This document shows, piece after piece, positions 30,141 through 41,183 of a DNA stretch of 64,000 nucleotides; position 1 is the first letter of the stretch, and the number at the start of each line of letters is the position of its first letter. Where the stretch lies: the IMG/VR virus record IMGVR_UViG_3300026473_000011, positions 1 through 64,000 of that record. The stretch is one strand, 5' to 3'. The notes beneath the pieces were generated by a model. The model worked only from the letters and a program-made list of their open reading frames with translations, was not told where the DNA came from and did not search any database. This DNA comes from a virus. A program made the translations under genes and the position numbers.

Positions 30141-32054
30141 TCAGCTCGTCTCCAGGCTCTTGCGGTTGGGCGTAAAACGTCGCTCCATCCATTTCATTAG
30201 TTCACCTGCGGTGACGTCTCGCCACCCCCCCATCTGCAGCGGAAGACCGAAATGAGCACAGAGTGAGCGATTGAGGTAGAAAACTGTTCCGCTATCGCGC
30301 GACCCAGTGGCCTGACTTTCACGCTGCACCAGGAGGTTTTCTGCAGCACATTCGGCTAACACGCGTTGCAAGGTCAGCCCTGGCGTGCCAAACGCGCCGG
30401 GAGTGGTCAACTTGGCTAACTCTGCGCGTGACAGACGAACACCCGTCACACCGGGAGCGTAAGGCGCATTCGGTGCAAACGTCTGCTCGTAGCAGAACGC
30501 ACCGATAGAATCCACTAATCTTTGAGCACGGGTGCCTTCGGTATGTGATTTAGGAATGAAATCACGCCTGCGAGCGGCGGCCTCACGTAGCAACTTATCT
30601 TGTTCCACCGGGGAAAGAATAGGCTCAGATTTACGCAACACCTGCTTGGCCTGCAGGCCAACATAAAGCGCTGCGGCAAGCCCCAGCAGTTCCTCTACAT
30701 TGTTCGTCGCCATAACGCACAAACGGTCGAATCCAAAGTAATAAGGTATACCCAGCTCTTCGTGCATGAATAACTCTGCAGCGTTGCGAACCTGGGAGCT
30801 ATCGCGGTCCTCGAGCTCCTCCTCGGTCAAAGTCAAGTCCAAGGACATTTGGCGTTTCGATTCATCTCGCACCAGCAGAATTCTTGTAACGTAGAGTTCA
30901 AGCAGTGATTTCAGGTTCTGATCGGTCGTGTACTGGTCCGCACGTGCCAACCACTGGGCATAGCGCTGATTGGATTGATGACGCTCAACTTCACTACGGA
31001 AGCGTTCAATACCCTCGGCAACCTGAGCTCGCACCTCACTGCTTACCAATTCGTCGCGCAAACATTGCGTGAAAGATCCCACCGGTACTGCGTCCTGATT
31101 TTTCATACGCCGATCCAGGATATTCTGCGCATAGGAGACGAATTGGTTCACCCCTTTGGCATCGCTCCACATCCTGTCAAGGTTGTATTCACGCAGATCG
31201 CGCCCCTCGCGGGCACCCTGTGAGAGTAGTTCAGTGCCGAGTGCAACGGTACGTTCTGCTAACCAGATTGGGAGGGCGGGACGCATTACAGTCAGCTCGT
31301 CTACCAGAAGCGCCCTTTGCTTACGACGCAACTTGTGCATGTCATCGACCATCAGGAGCCGCTTAGCGGCAACAGCCCGCCCCTCATGGACGAAAATAAC
31401 GGACTGCAACCAAAGTACGCCTTCAAATCGGAACTGAACGGGTAGCGCCATGTTGACAGCTCCCGTGAACGTGTCTAACTGAGCATAAACCTGTTGCTCG
31501 TGCTCCTCGGCCCAGGTCGCCAACTCCAAAGCGTTCGTTATTGCCGGGATGCCCTTTAGGCCATCCAGGGCAGAATGGTCGAGTGACACTTCAGCCAATT
31601 GCTCAGGAGTACTAAAGCCCAGCAACGCCCCCAAGCTGCGTAGCGTTCGCAGCACAATTCGACAATCCAGCAGCGCGCGGAAAAGGCCCTCGTGCTGCAG
31701 GCTTTCACTGGCAGGCAGATCGGCATACCCCGATGCGCAACTAAGATACACACCCAAAAGCTGCGGGCTTTCGCCTTCGGTTAGTAGTCCGCGATTCAGT
31801 AGTTTTTGGAAGGACTCTGACAATTCGGGACGATTGCGAGAGTGCCAGAAAGCACGTAGCGCGGACGGAGTGAATGCCCGCAGCAAAGTGGTCTTACCAG
31901 CACCAGGTGTGCTGCGAAACACGTGAACCGCACCATCGAATGCATCTTCGGCCAGTTTTTCTAAAATCTTTGGCGAGAAAAGACGTACAAACTCCATATC
32001 CGAAGTCGTGCGCTCAGACATTCGCTCCAGGAAAGGATTAACGTTGTATGCCAT
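30141..32054 (-). CDS. P-loop ATPase, ORC/CDC6-like
   Basis: Walker A STPGAGKT; Walker B LLMVDD; N-terminal NPF. Confidence 0.75.
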   Translation of the reverse strand: MAYNVNPFLERMSERTTSDMEFVRLFSPKILEKLAEDAFDGAVHVFRSTPGAGKTTLLRAFTPSALRAFWHSRNRPELSESFQKLLNRGLLTEGESPQLLGVYLSCASGYADLPASESLQHEGLFRALLDCRIVLRTLRSLGALLGFSTPEQLAEVSLDHSALDGLKGIPAITNALELATWAEEHEQQVYAQLDTFTGAVNMALPVQFRFEGVLWLQSVIFVHEGRAVAAKRLLMVDDMHKLRRKQRALLVDELTVMRPALPIWLAERTVALGTELLSQGAREGRDLREYNLDRMWSDAKGVNQFVSYAQNILDRRMKNQDAVPVGSFTQCLRDELVSSEVRAQVAEGIERFRSEVERHQSNQRYAQWLARADQYTTDQNLKSLLELYVTRILLVRDESKRQMSLDLTLTEEELEDRDSSQVRNAAELFMHEELGIPYYFGFDRLCVMATNNVEELLGLAAALYVGLQAKQVLRKSEPILSPVEQDKLLREAAARRRDFIPKSHTEGTRAQRLVDSIGAFCYEQTFAPNAPYAPGVTGVRLSRAELAKLTTPGAFGTPGLTLQRVLAECAAENLLVQRESQATGSRDSGTVFYLNRSLCAHFGLPLQMGGWRDVTAGELMKWMERRFTPNRKSLETS

Positions 32055-33160
32055 CAGAACTCCCGATGACGGCTGACCCTAGGGAACAGCCCGTGCGGCT
32101 TGAACTGTTCCGGCCCCCACAAAATATAAACCGAGTTATTCGGCGTGTTGTGTCCCAAAACCACTGGCAATGCACATCCGGCGAAACCCAGACTAGCCTC
32201 ATTTGTCCCGCCTACGAGGAAGTGCTTATCGACCACACTACTGTTGGAGTAGGCAGGATTAGCAAGTAGCGCTTGCAAAGCAAGATTGACATTGTTGGTA
32301 AGCGAGACCTCAGGCTCGATTGGACACAGCACGCGCACTTGCAGAGGCTTGAAGCCATGATCCGTCGTGAACCGCTCTGACCAATATTCAATGTGGTCAA
32401 TCGCCTGACGGGTTGCGGTGTAAAGCATTAAGAACACTTCATAGTGCGACGGGTCAACCATGCCACTCTGATGTAGCCGTTGGTAGATCTTTGGCAATTT
32501 TCCCTTGAACCGGCGAGAAGTACCGTCGTATCGGATGTAGGTATTGCCGCTACCCGAGAAGTCATCTAGTAACCAGATCAGATTGAAGTGTGGAGCATCT
32601 GACACGAATCCAGCGTGTGTCAACGATACTTTCAACCCTTCGAGCATGTCTTCAGCCTTTTCATCACCCAGCTCATAGGCTTGCCAGATCTGCTCGTTAC
32701 TGATCTCTCCATCGCTAGCACGCCGCAATTCGTTGGTTCTCGCACCATCGCTCAAACCTAGATAAAGAGATGTCAAGCGCAGCTGCTCAAAACGTCGATG
32801 ACGAGCAATTTCCTGGACTCTGAAGGAGGGGATCTCATGTTCTTCAGATACTAATCGGATACGCTCCTGCACGATCCAGTCGCGGTAAGCAGTTCGCACC
32901 AAATGGGAAAACTCGGTATCAGAAATGAACACCAAGTGTTCCATGACCAGTTGCAAAGCGGCCTGCCGATCCTGAGGTTCGAACTGATGAAGCCATAACG
33001 CCAAGCTCTCAATGAAGCGACGCCCTGGCCCGAAACGCTGGTAATGGTCATATTTGAAGTCGGCTAGGAGTTGCAGGGTAGGCAACACCTGTGGGACGAT
33101 TTCCAAATCGTCCCAACCCATAACCTTGGCCAGTAACTTGGCTGCATTCTGGTCATGCAT
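32054..33160 (-). CDS. Phosphoribosyltransferase-like protein (conflict-type, PRTase-CE-like)
   Basis: PRPP loop WLLDDFSGSGNT; HNTPNNS; LFPR. Confidence 0.75.
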   Translation of the reverse strand: MHDQNAAKLLAKVMGWDDLEIVPQVLPTLQLLADFKYDHYQRFGPGRRFIESLALWLHQFEPQDRQAALQLVMEHLVFISDTEFSHLVRTAYRDWIVQERIRLVSEEHEIPSFRVQEIARHRRFEQLRLTSLYLGLSDGARTNELRRASDGEISNEQIWQAYELGDEKAEDMLEGLKVSLTHAGFVSDAPHFNLIWLLDDFSGSGNTYIRYDGTSRRFKGKLPKIYQRLHQSGMVDPSHYEVFLMLYTATRQAIDHIEYWSERFTTDHGFKPLQVRVLCPIEPEVSLTNNVNLALQALLANPAYSNSSVVDKHFLVGGTNEASLGFAGCALPVVLGHNTPNNSVYILWGPEQFKPHGLFPRVSRHREF

Positions 33161-35138
33161 CGTCAGCAACTCCGTTGTCCCGCGCCTCAGGAAGATCCAG
33201 CCGAAATACGCCACCATCCTCTAGCGTAATTCGATCCAAGTACCACAGCGTAGCATCGACATCACGCTTCTCCGCGGGCGCAAGCTTCCAAGCCCGGTCT
33301 AGTCGGCGCGAAGGCATGTCCACACTTAGCGAGTATCGGTGCTCGAGCAACGCGGCATCATTACCCGGCCACGCCCCCTGATCACCCAAAGTCAGGATTT
33401 CGTAGGGGTCGACCTTGTTCTTCTGAATGATGTCGGCCACAAGAGCAGACTTGCTGACTCCTTTAGCAAGAATATCGACCGAATGCTTGCTCCGAACCAT
33501 GGTGGAGAGATCGAGACCCGCTTGACGCAGAGCGTCGGCGATAACAAACCACATACCATCGGTCGTCAACCCTTCGGAAAACCGGACGCTGACCTGGTAG
33601 GGATGCGTAGTTCGATGTGTCAGGATTGGCACCCCCATCGACTTCAGACGTACCACGATGCGCGTCACATGACTGAGAAACTCGCTGGTCTCAGTCGAAG
33701 GTACTGGTGGCGTATCCGCTGCAGCAATCCAGCCCCCGTTGTATAGACCCAGCTTGATTCTAGGCAGGACGTCGCGCGGCATAACTTCTTCTAGGCAGGT
33801 CTGAATCGACCCTCCTCGACCAGAGGCAATGCCGACCACTACACCTGCACGTGCCAAACGTACCAGATGCTCCACGATACCGAGCGGCGGCGGCAATTCC
33901 TTGGTCTGAGAACTGCAAAGTGTGCCGTCATAGTCGAATACCAAAGCTTTGAAGCGCTGCGCACGAATCGTGTCAGCAAAGGCTCTTGCCGCACGGCGCA
34001 TGGTTCCATGATCTCTCCGAGAAGGCCAATGCGCCCCTAGAACCTCATACTTGGATTGCTCCTCCGCTGGGCCTGCCGGCTGTGGCAACGGGATGACATC
34101 ACGCAGATTCGCATAATGAATCTCTCTACCGTAGGTTGGCACCTTCGGCCGCCCTGGGTCGACACCGAGTTCGCGACCGACTGCTGCAACTAAATGCATC
34201 TGCGCTACAAGGCCAGTTATCAGATGAACCGGATCAGAGCCAGATAGCGGCATCGTCAGTGTCGGAATTTCACTAGGAAACTTGCTGCGCATTTCGTTCC
34301 ACAGCTGGCCCAGAGATGGTTCGACCAGTGCCAAGATGGCGCAATCCTTCGGTCGCTGCGCTAACCACAAGTGTCGACCATGAGCAAACGAACGAAGATC
34401 GGCCAATTGAGTGTGCAGAAGCGCGCCCTCTGACAGCTTAGATTCCAAGTCAGTGGCTACAGCTCTCAGCAGCGGCGAATAGACGACCGTGAGTGCACCA
34501 CGTTTAACCGCCTCGACAACGAATGGCCGGGCTACCCCAAGCCATTCTTGAACAGTCTGTTCACCCAATCGCAATTCTGTGACATTCGACGGCATGAGTT
34601 GAGGACGGCCATTGAGCTCCCCGTATGCTCGCGCCACCAGCACAGCGTCGAGCAACAGACTGTTGGTAGCAAGGTAACCATCCTTCTTCTCCAACTCAAA
34701 AACGTACGGCTTCACGCCCGAAAAATCCTGAACATGCTCCATAAGTGGGCTGTTCTGCCGATTAGTCAGCACATGCACCGTACGCGAACTGAAGCGTCGT
34801 GCGCGCTCAAGCGCCTCCACAATGTCGGGGTTTTTACCTTCAGCCGATATAAGAAAGACTGGGCTAGAGGAAGCCAATGATGGCGAGCAGATGATCTCCA
34901 GCGGTGTCGAGGGCCGAGAGACTCGGCCGGTGTAGGCTTCATGCAAGCTGCACAACAGGGATGCCACAGTGAAGGATCCTCCCGAACCCACACCGATCAT
35001 GCTTGCTTCAGCGGTACTGGCGATTGCTAGTTTTAGCGCTCCGATGTCGGCGGCGCACGCCGCCGAGTAGGTATTACCCAACTGTGCGAGTTCACCCTCA
35101 TAGTGGTTGGGCGACAACGCTGCTCCGTCAGCAATCAT
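33153..35138 (-). CDS. SIS (sugar-phosphate isomerase) domain + Cof-type HAD phosphatase fusion
   Basis: GSGGS and ISAEGKNPD; HAD motifs DYDGTL, ASGRG, GVSK, GDQG...ND. Confidence 0.8.
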   Translation of the reverse strand: MIADGAALSPNHYEGELAQLGNTYSAACAADIGALKLAIASTAEASMIGVGSGGSFTVASLLCSLHEAYTGRVSRPSTPLEIICSPSLASSSPVFLISAEGKNPDIVEALERARRFSSRTVHVLTNRQNSPLMEHVQDFSGVKPYVFELEKKDGYLATNSLLLDAVLVARAYGELNGRPQLMPSNVTELRLGEQTVQEWLGVARPFVVEAVKRGALTVVYSPLLRAVATDLESKLSEGALLHTQLADLRSFAHGRHLWLAQRPKDCAILALVEPSLGQLWNEMRSKFPSEIPTLTMPLSGSDPVHLITGLVAQMHLVAAVGRELGVDPGRPKVPTYGREIHYANLRDVIPLPQPAGPAEEQSKYEVLGAHWPSRRDHGTMRRAARAFADTIRAQRFKALVFDYDGTLCSSQTKELPPPLGIVEHLVRLARAGVVVGIASGRGGSIQTCLEEVMPRDVLPRIKLGLYNGGWIAAADTPPVPSTETSEFLSHVTRIVVRLKSMGVPILTHRTTHPYQVSVRFSEGLTTDGMWFVIADALRQAGLDLSTMVRSKHSVDILAKGVSKSALVADIIQKNKVDPYEILTLGDQGAWPGNDAALLEHRYSLSVDMPSRRLDRAWKLAPAEKRDVDATLWYLDRITLEDGGVFRLDLPEARDNGVADDA

Positions 35139-35743
35139 GCAGTTGCGGCCGCCCGTTTGGAGTCAAGCTTCGTACTCATCTTCGATGTCTTTTTAGCTAC
35201 AACCGAATGCTTGGCGGCACTCTTGCGTGCAGGGCGTTGCATTGCATACACCGCACGAAGCTCCATCAACATCACCCCCAACATGTTCTCCCCCTTTCCT
35301 CCTACCTCACCCCAAAGTCGATTAACGGCGTTGTTGACGGTGCCCGCCTCCACAAGCCTGGCCTCACCGGTGGACAACAGAAGCTCACGCAGGTCTGCGT
35401 GCTGGTCGAACTTAGCACGCAGCACCGCACGCATTCGGTCGAATTTGATCTGAGCCCAATCGGGCACCACATCCCAGACATACAGACCGTGTGCCGCCAT
35501 CGCGGCCAGGGCAGGAGTCGGCGCGTTGAGAATCCACTGGCGTACCGCCGGTTTGATCGCCTTGCCTGCCTGATATGCGTGTTCCGAGGTTGGGTAAACC
35601 GTCCCCTCAAATTCCACAGGACACCTAAACAGATTACTGAAGGCGCCGAACGGCTTCTCGTTTGCGCGGTAAAAACGAATTTCCTGGACGGCAATGCTGT
35701 CGGTGGCTGGGCGTTTGCGCGCTGTCTGCGGCGTCTTAGTCAT
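35135..35743 (-). CDS. NADAR family protein
   Basis: FSNL...YPTSEHAYQAGK...AKFDQH...LLSTG...LVE...WG...GENMLG. Confidence 0.92.
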   Translation of the reverse strand: MTKTPQTARKRPATDSIAVQEIRFYRANEKPFGAFSNLFRCPVEFEGTVYPTSEHAYQAGKAIKPAVRQWILNAPTPALAAMAAHGLYVWDVVPDWAQIKFDRMRAVLRAKFDQHADLRELLLSTGEARLVEAGTVNNAVNRLWGEVGGKGENMLGVMLMELRAVYAMQRPARKSAAKHSVVAKKTSKMSTKLDSKRAAATA

Positions 35744-35937
35744 TGGAGGGATTCCTTGGAAGATTGTTCGGGGCTCAGCCCCAACACGCGGCAGTGATTG
35801 ACGATCAAAATTTCCAGCAAGCTGGTTAAGCTGCGGTGGTCATGCTCTGCCGCAGCCTCTGCTGCGGCCTTAATCTTTGGATCAATCCGGACAGTGATCG
35901 TGGCAGTCTTGATCTTGGGACGTCGCATGATGATCAA
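35740..35937 (-). CDS. Ribbon-helix-helix regulator
   Basis: KTATITVRIDPKIKAAAEAAAEHDHRSLTSLLEILI; ATGA overlap with NADAR. Confidence 0.8.
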   Translation of the reverse strand: MIIMRRPKIKTATITVRIDPKIKAAAEAAAEHDHRSLTSLLEILIVNHCRVLGLSPEQSSKESLQ

Positions 35938-36200
35938 TTGTCAATGTATGAAAGGGGAATGTGAGCGCTTAAATGTACTGCATTTTGCGGTACATAAAAG
36001 TACACATGTCTTTCGCAACGGCAATGATTCTGAAAGATTTGTATTTTTTGAATATTCACCAACACCTCCAGTTCCCCAAAGATTTATGACAGCTTGATGT
36101 GTTCAAGTTCAGAAGAAATTCTTTAAAAATTGGATGCACTCCTCAAAACAAAGATCTTTGTGTCACTCCTTGGTCAAATTTGAGCATTCTGTGCAGTTAA

Positions 36201-36237
36201 AGTACATCATATCATCATAATGATGATATGATGTACT
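36201..36237. promoter_or_regulatory. Perfect 37-bp palindrome (probable WYL operator)
   Basis: AGTACATCATATCATCAT-A-ATGATGATATGATGTACT. Confidence 0.75.
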
Positions 36238-36275
36238 GGAAATTAGCCTATCTGCAAGCAAAGGTTATTACTGGC

Positions 36276-37166
36276 ATGAAAGCCCAGCGCGTCGAGAACT
36301 TGAGTCACGCCCAGCGCGAGCGACTGGCCTACATCGACTTTCGCCTGTACTTCCTCGGTGAAATCGGTCGTCCCGACCTGATTGAGCGTTTCGGTGTGGC
36401 TCCGGCAGGTGCGACGCGCGACTTGGCGCTTTACCGTGAAATCGCGCCGCAGAACATCACCTTTGACGGTAGAAATAAGATCTATCGCATTGGGCAGGAG
36501 TTCGCCCCAGTGTTCGACCACGCACCTCAGCGCGTGCTGTCAGCGCTGGCTCTTGGCTTTGGCGATGGCGTGAACGGGACAATGCAGTCCTTGCTGCCGT
36601 GTGAATCACCCACTTCCTTGAGCAGCCCAAAAATGGATGCGCTGGCCCCAGTCTGCCGGGCGATCCACGCCAACCGGCCAATCGCCATTCGCTACCAATC
36701 GATGAGTAGTGGAAAGACCGAGCGGATCATTGTGCCATTTGCCCTCGTGGATACCGGTCTACGCTGGCACGTCCGCGCCTTTGACCGCAAGAGCGGAGAG
36801 TTTCGGGACTTTGTCGTCACCCGTATCGAAGCGCCGACGCTGCTCGACGAGGAGCCACGGGCCAACGAACGTCCGGATAACGATATCCAGTGGACGCGCA
36901 TCGTCGAGCTGGACTTCGTGCCGCATCCTCGCCTCGAGCGCCCTGAGATCATCCAGATGGACTACGGGATGACCGACGGCTCGATTCGGATGCGCGTGCG
37001 CGCAGCTGTAGCAGGCTACATGCTGTTACGCTGGAGTGTGGACTGCTCGTCCGACCACCATCTCAAGGAAGAACAGTATCGCCTATGGCTCAGCGATCCG
37101 CTTGCGCTTTACGGCGTAGAAAATGCAAAGCTCGCGCCAGGATATCGATCACCAATCAGTATTTGA
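36276..37166 (+). CDS. WYL-domain regulator (CapW/BrxR-like)
   Basis: wHTH RLAYIDF...ATRDLALY; YQSMSS...RWHVRAF...FRDFVVTRI. Confidence 0.9.
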   Translation: MKAQRVENLSHAQRERLAYIDFRLYFLGEIGRPDLIERFGVAPAGATRDLALYREIAPQNITFDGRNKIYRIGQEFAPVFDHAPQRVLSALALGFGDGVNGTMQSLLPCESPTSLSSPKMDALAPVCRAIHANRPIAIRYQSMSSGKTERIIVPFALVDTGLRWHVRAFDRKSGEFRDFVVTRIEAPTLLDEEPRANERPDNDIQWTRIVELDFVPHPRLERPEIIQMDYGMTDGSIRMRVRAAVAGYMLLRWSVDCSSDHHLKEEQYRLWLSDPLALYGVENAKLAPGYRSPISI

Positions 37167-37204
37167 AGAAATAACAAAATACGAATCGAAAAGAAAATAA
37201 AACT

Positions 37205-38751
37205 ATGACTAGTATCCAACAACGCGCCGAACTACAACGCCGCATCTGGCAAATCGCCAACGATGTACGTGGGGCAGTCGACGGCTGGGATTTCAAACAA
37301 TATGTACTCGGCGCCTTGTTTTACCGCTTCATCAGTGAAAACTTCGCCAGCTACATCGAAGGCGGTGATGACAGCATCCAATACGCCGAGTTGACAGATA
37401 GCGTGATCACTCCAGATATCAAAGACGATGCGATTAAGACCAAGGGCTATTTCATCTACCCCAGCCAGTTGTTTGCCAACGTGGCTGCTAACGCTAACAC
37501 CAGCGTAAGCCTGAATACCGACCTTGCTACCATCTTTGCCGCCATTGAAGCGTCCGCCAACGGCTACCCCTCCGAACAAGACATCAAAGGCCTGTTTGCT
37601 GACTTTGACACCACCAGCAACCGCCTCGGCAACACTGTCAAAGACAAAAATGCCCGGCTCGCCGCAGTGCTCAAGGGCGTAGCCGAGTTGGACTTCGGCG
37701 ACTTCGACGCCAGCCATATCGACCTGTTCGGCGATGCCTATGAATTCCTCATTTCCAACTACGCTGCCAATGCCGGTAAATCGGGCGGCGAGTTTTTCAC
37801 GCCGCAACATGTGTCCAAGCTAATTGCCCAATTGGCGATGCACAAGCAAACCAGCGTCAACAAGATTTACGACCCCGCCTGCGGCTCCGGCTCGCTGCTA
37901 CTGCAAGCCAAAAAGCACTTTGACGCGCACATCATCGAGGAAGGCTTTTTTGGGCAAGAAATCAACCACACCACTTACAACCTGGCGCGGATGAACATGT
38001 TCTTGCACAACATCAACTACGACAAGTTCAACGTTCAGCTTGGCAACACCCTGATCGACCCGCATTTTGGTGATGACAAACCCTTCGATGCCATCGTCTC
38101 TAACCCGCCCTATTCGGTGAAGTGGATCGGTTCGGACGATCCCACTCTGATCAACGATGAGCGCTTTGCCCCGGCGGGCGTTCTGGCTCCCAAATCCAAA
38201 GCCGACTTTGCCTTTGTGCTGCACGCGCTGAGTTACCTCTCGAGCAAAGGTCGCGCCGCCATCGTCTGCTTTCCCGGTATTTTTTATCGCGGTGGGGCCG
38301 AGCAAAAGATCCGTCAGTATCTAGTGGATAACAACTACGTCGAATCCGTGATTTCGCTAGCGCCTAACCTGTTCTACGGCACAACCATCGCCGTGACCAT
38401 TCTGGTGCTATCCAAACACAAAACCGACACCACCACCCAGTTCATCGACGCCAGCGGCCTGTTCAAGAAAGAAACCAACAACAACGTTCTGCTGGACGCG
38501 CACATCGAACAAATCATGGCCGTGTTCGACAGCAAGGCGAATGTGGATCACGTTGCCCAATCTGTCCCTTTCGAGAAAGTGGCCGCCAACGATTACAACC
38601 TGTCGGTCAGTAGCTACGTCGAAGCCCGCGACAACCGCGAAGTCGTGGACATCAAGTCACTCAACGAGAAGATTGCAAACATCGTAGTGCGACAGACGGA
38701 GTTGCGAACGCAGATTGATGCCATCGTTGCGGAGTTGGAAGGAGAGGAAGC

Positions 38752-38755
<4 letters not shown>
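37205..38755 (+). CDS. hsdM: Type I R-M methyltransferase subunit M
   Basis: [20 protein letters not shown]. Confidence 0.97.
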
Positions 38756-39973
<1,218 letters not shown>

Positions 39974-39974
39974 G

Positions 39975-41183
39975 ATGAGCAAAACGCTAACCGAAATCGC
40001 TCAACAGCTGGGAGCCGCCGACAAAAAGATGCAGCTGATCTATGCCTTCAACGGCATGGGCAAGACGCGCCTGTCGCGGGAATTCAAGCAGCAGATTGCG
40101 ACCGAGGCCGACGGCGATGAAGACGCCGATCCAACCGCGCTGTCGCGCAACAGAATCCTTTATTACAACGCGCTCACGGAAGATTTGTTTTACTGGGATA
40201 ACGATCTGGCGGGCAATGCCGAGCACAAACTGAAAATCCAACCAAACTCGTTTACCGACTGGGTGCTGAAGGATCAGGGGCAAGACCAGAACATCATCAC
40301 AACCTTTCAGCGTTACACCAGCGATAAGCTCACACCGCGATTCAATGAAGAATATAAAGTCATAGGCAATGACGACAAGGAAAGCACCGTCAAAGCCTTC
40401 TCTGAAGTAACTTTCTCTCTTGAGCGTGGCGATGATGAACACTCCGGAAATTTGAAAATTTCCAAGGGCGAAGAAAGCAATTTCATCTGGAGCTTTTTCT
40501 ACACGCTGATTGAGCAGGTAATTGGCGTTCTCAATGTTGCCGAGCCGGAAGAACGCGAAACAGACCAATTCGATCAGCTGAAATATATTTTTGTTGATGA
40601 TCCGGTTAGCTCACTGGATGACAATCATTTGATTCAGTTGGCCGCGGATTTGGCGCAGCTGGTCAAATCAAACGAATCCAGTGTCAAATTCATTATCACG
40701 ACGCACAATCCGCTTTTCTTCAATGTGCTTTGCAATGAGTTTGGTAGCGATGAAAAAACCGAGCGCTACAACTGGAAGGCAAAGTGGTTCAGCAAGTCAC
40801 GGCTGGAGAAAAATGCGGACGGCAGTCTTCAATTGGTAGAGCAGCCAAACGATTCTCCGTTTGCGTATCACCTGCATCTGCTATCGCTGCTTGAAGAGGC
40901 AATAAAAAGCGGTCAGATCGAAAAATATCACTTCAATCTTCTCCGGAACATTCTCGAAAAGACGGCAACATTCCTCGGATACAAAAGGTGGGAACACCTT
41001 CTGCCGGAAACAGACGACGGCTTGCCCAACCCGTACGCAAAGCGAATTGTGAACTTCTCAAGCCATTCGAAACATGCTGCCGAAGAAGTGTCACCACTGA
41101 AACCTGAAGAGAGACAGGTTCTGGAAAAACTGGTCAAGCACGTTGTCGAGCAACATCGATTTTGGCAGGAAAAAACCACATGA
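39975..41183 (+). CDS. prrC: PrrC-like anticodon nuclease (ABC ATPase + HEPN)
   Basis: [33 protein letters not shown]; LRNILE...SSH; located between hsdS and hsdR as in EcoprrI. Confidence 0.85.
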   Translation: MSKTLTEIAQQLGAADKKMQLIYAFNGMGKTRLSREFKQQIATEADGDEDADPTALSRNRILYYNALTEDLFYWDNDLAGNAEHKLKIQPNSFTDWVLKDQGQDQNIITTFQRYTSDKLTPRFNEEYKVIGNDDKESTVKAFSEVTFSLERGDDEHSGNLKISKGEESNFIWSFFYTLIEQVIGVLNVAEPEERETDQFDQLKYIFVDDPVSSLDDNHLIQLAADLAQLVKSNESSVKFIITTHNPLFFNVLCNEFGSDEKTERYNWKAKWFSKSRLEKNADGSLQLVEQPNDSPFAYHLHLLSLLEEAIKSGQIEKYHFNLLRNILEKTATFLGYKRWEHLLPETDDGLPNPYAKRIVNFSSHSKHAAEEVSPLKPEERQVLEKLVKHVVEQHRFWQEKTT

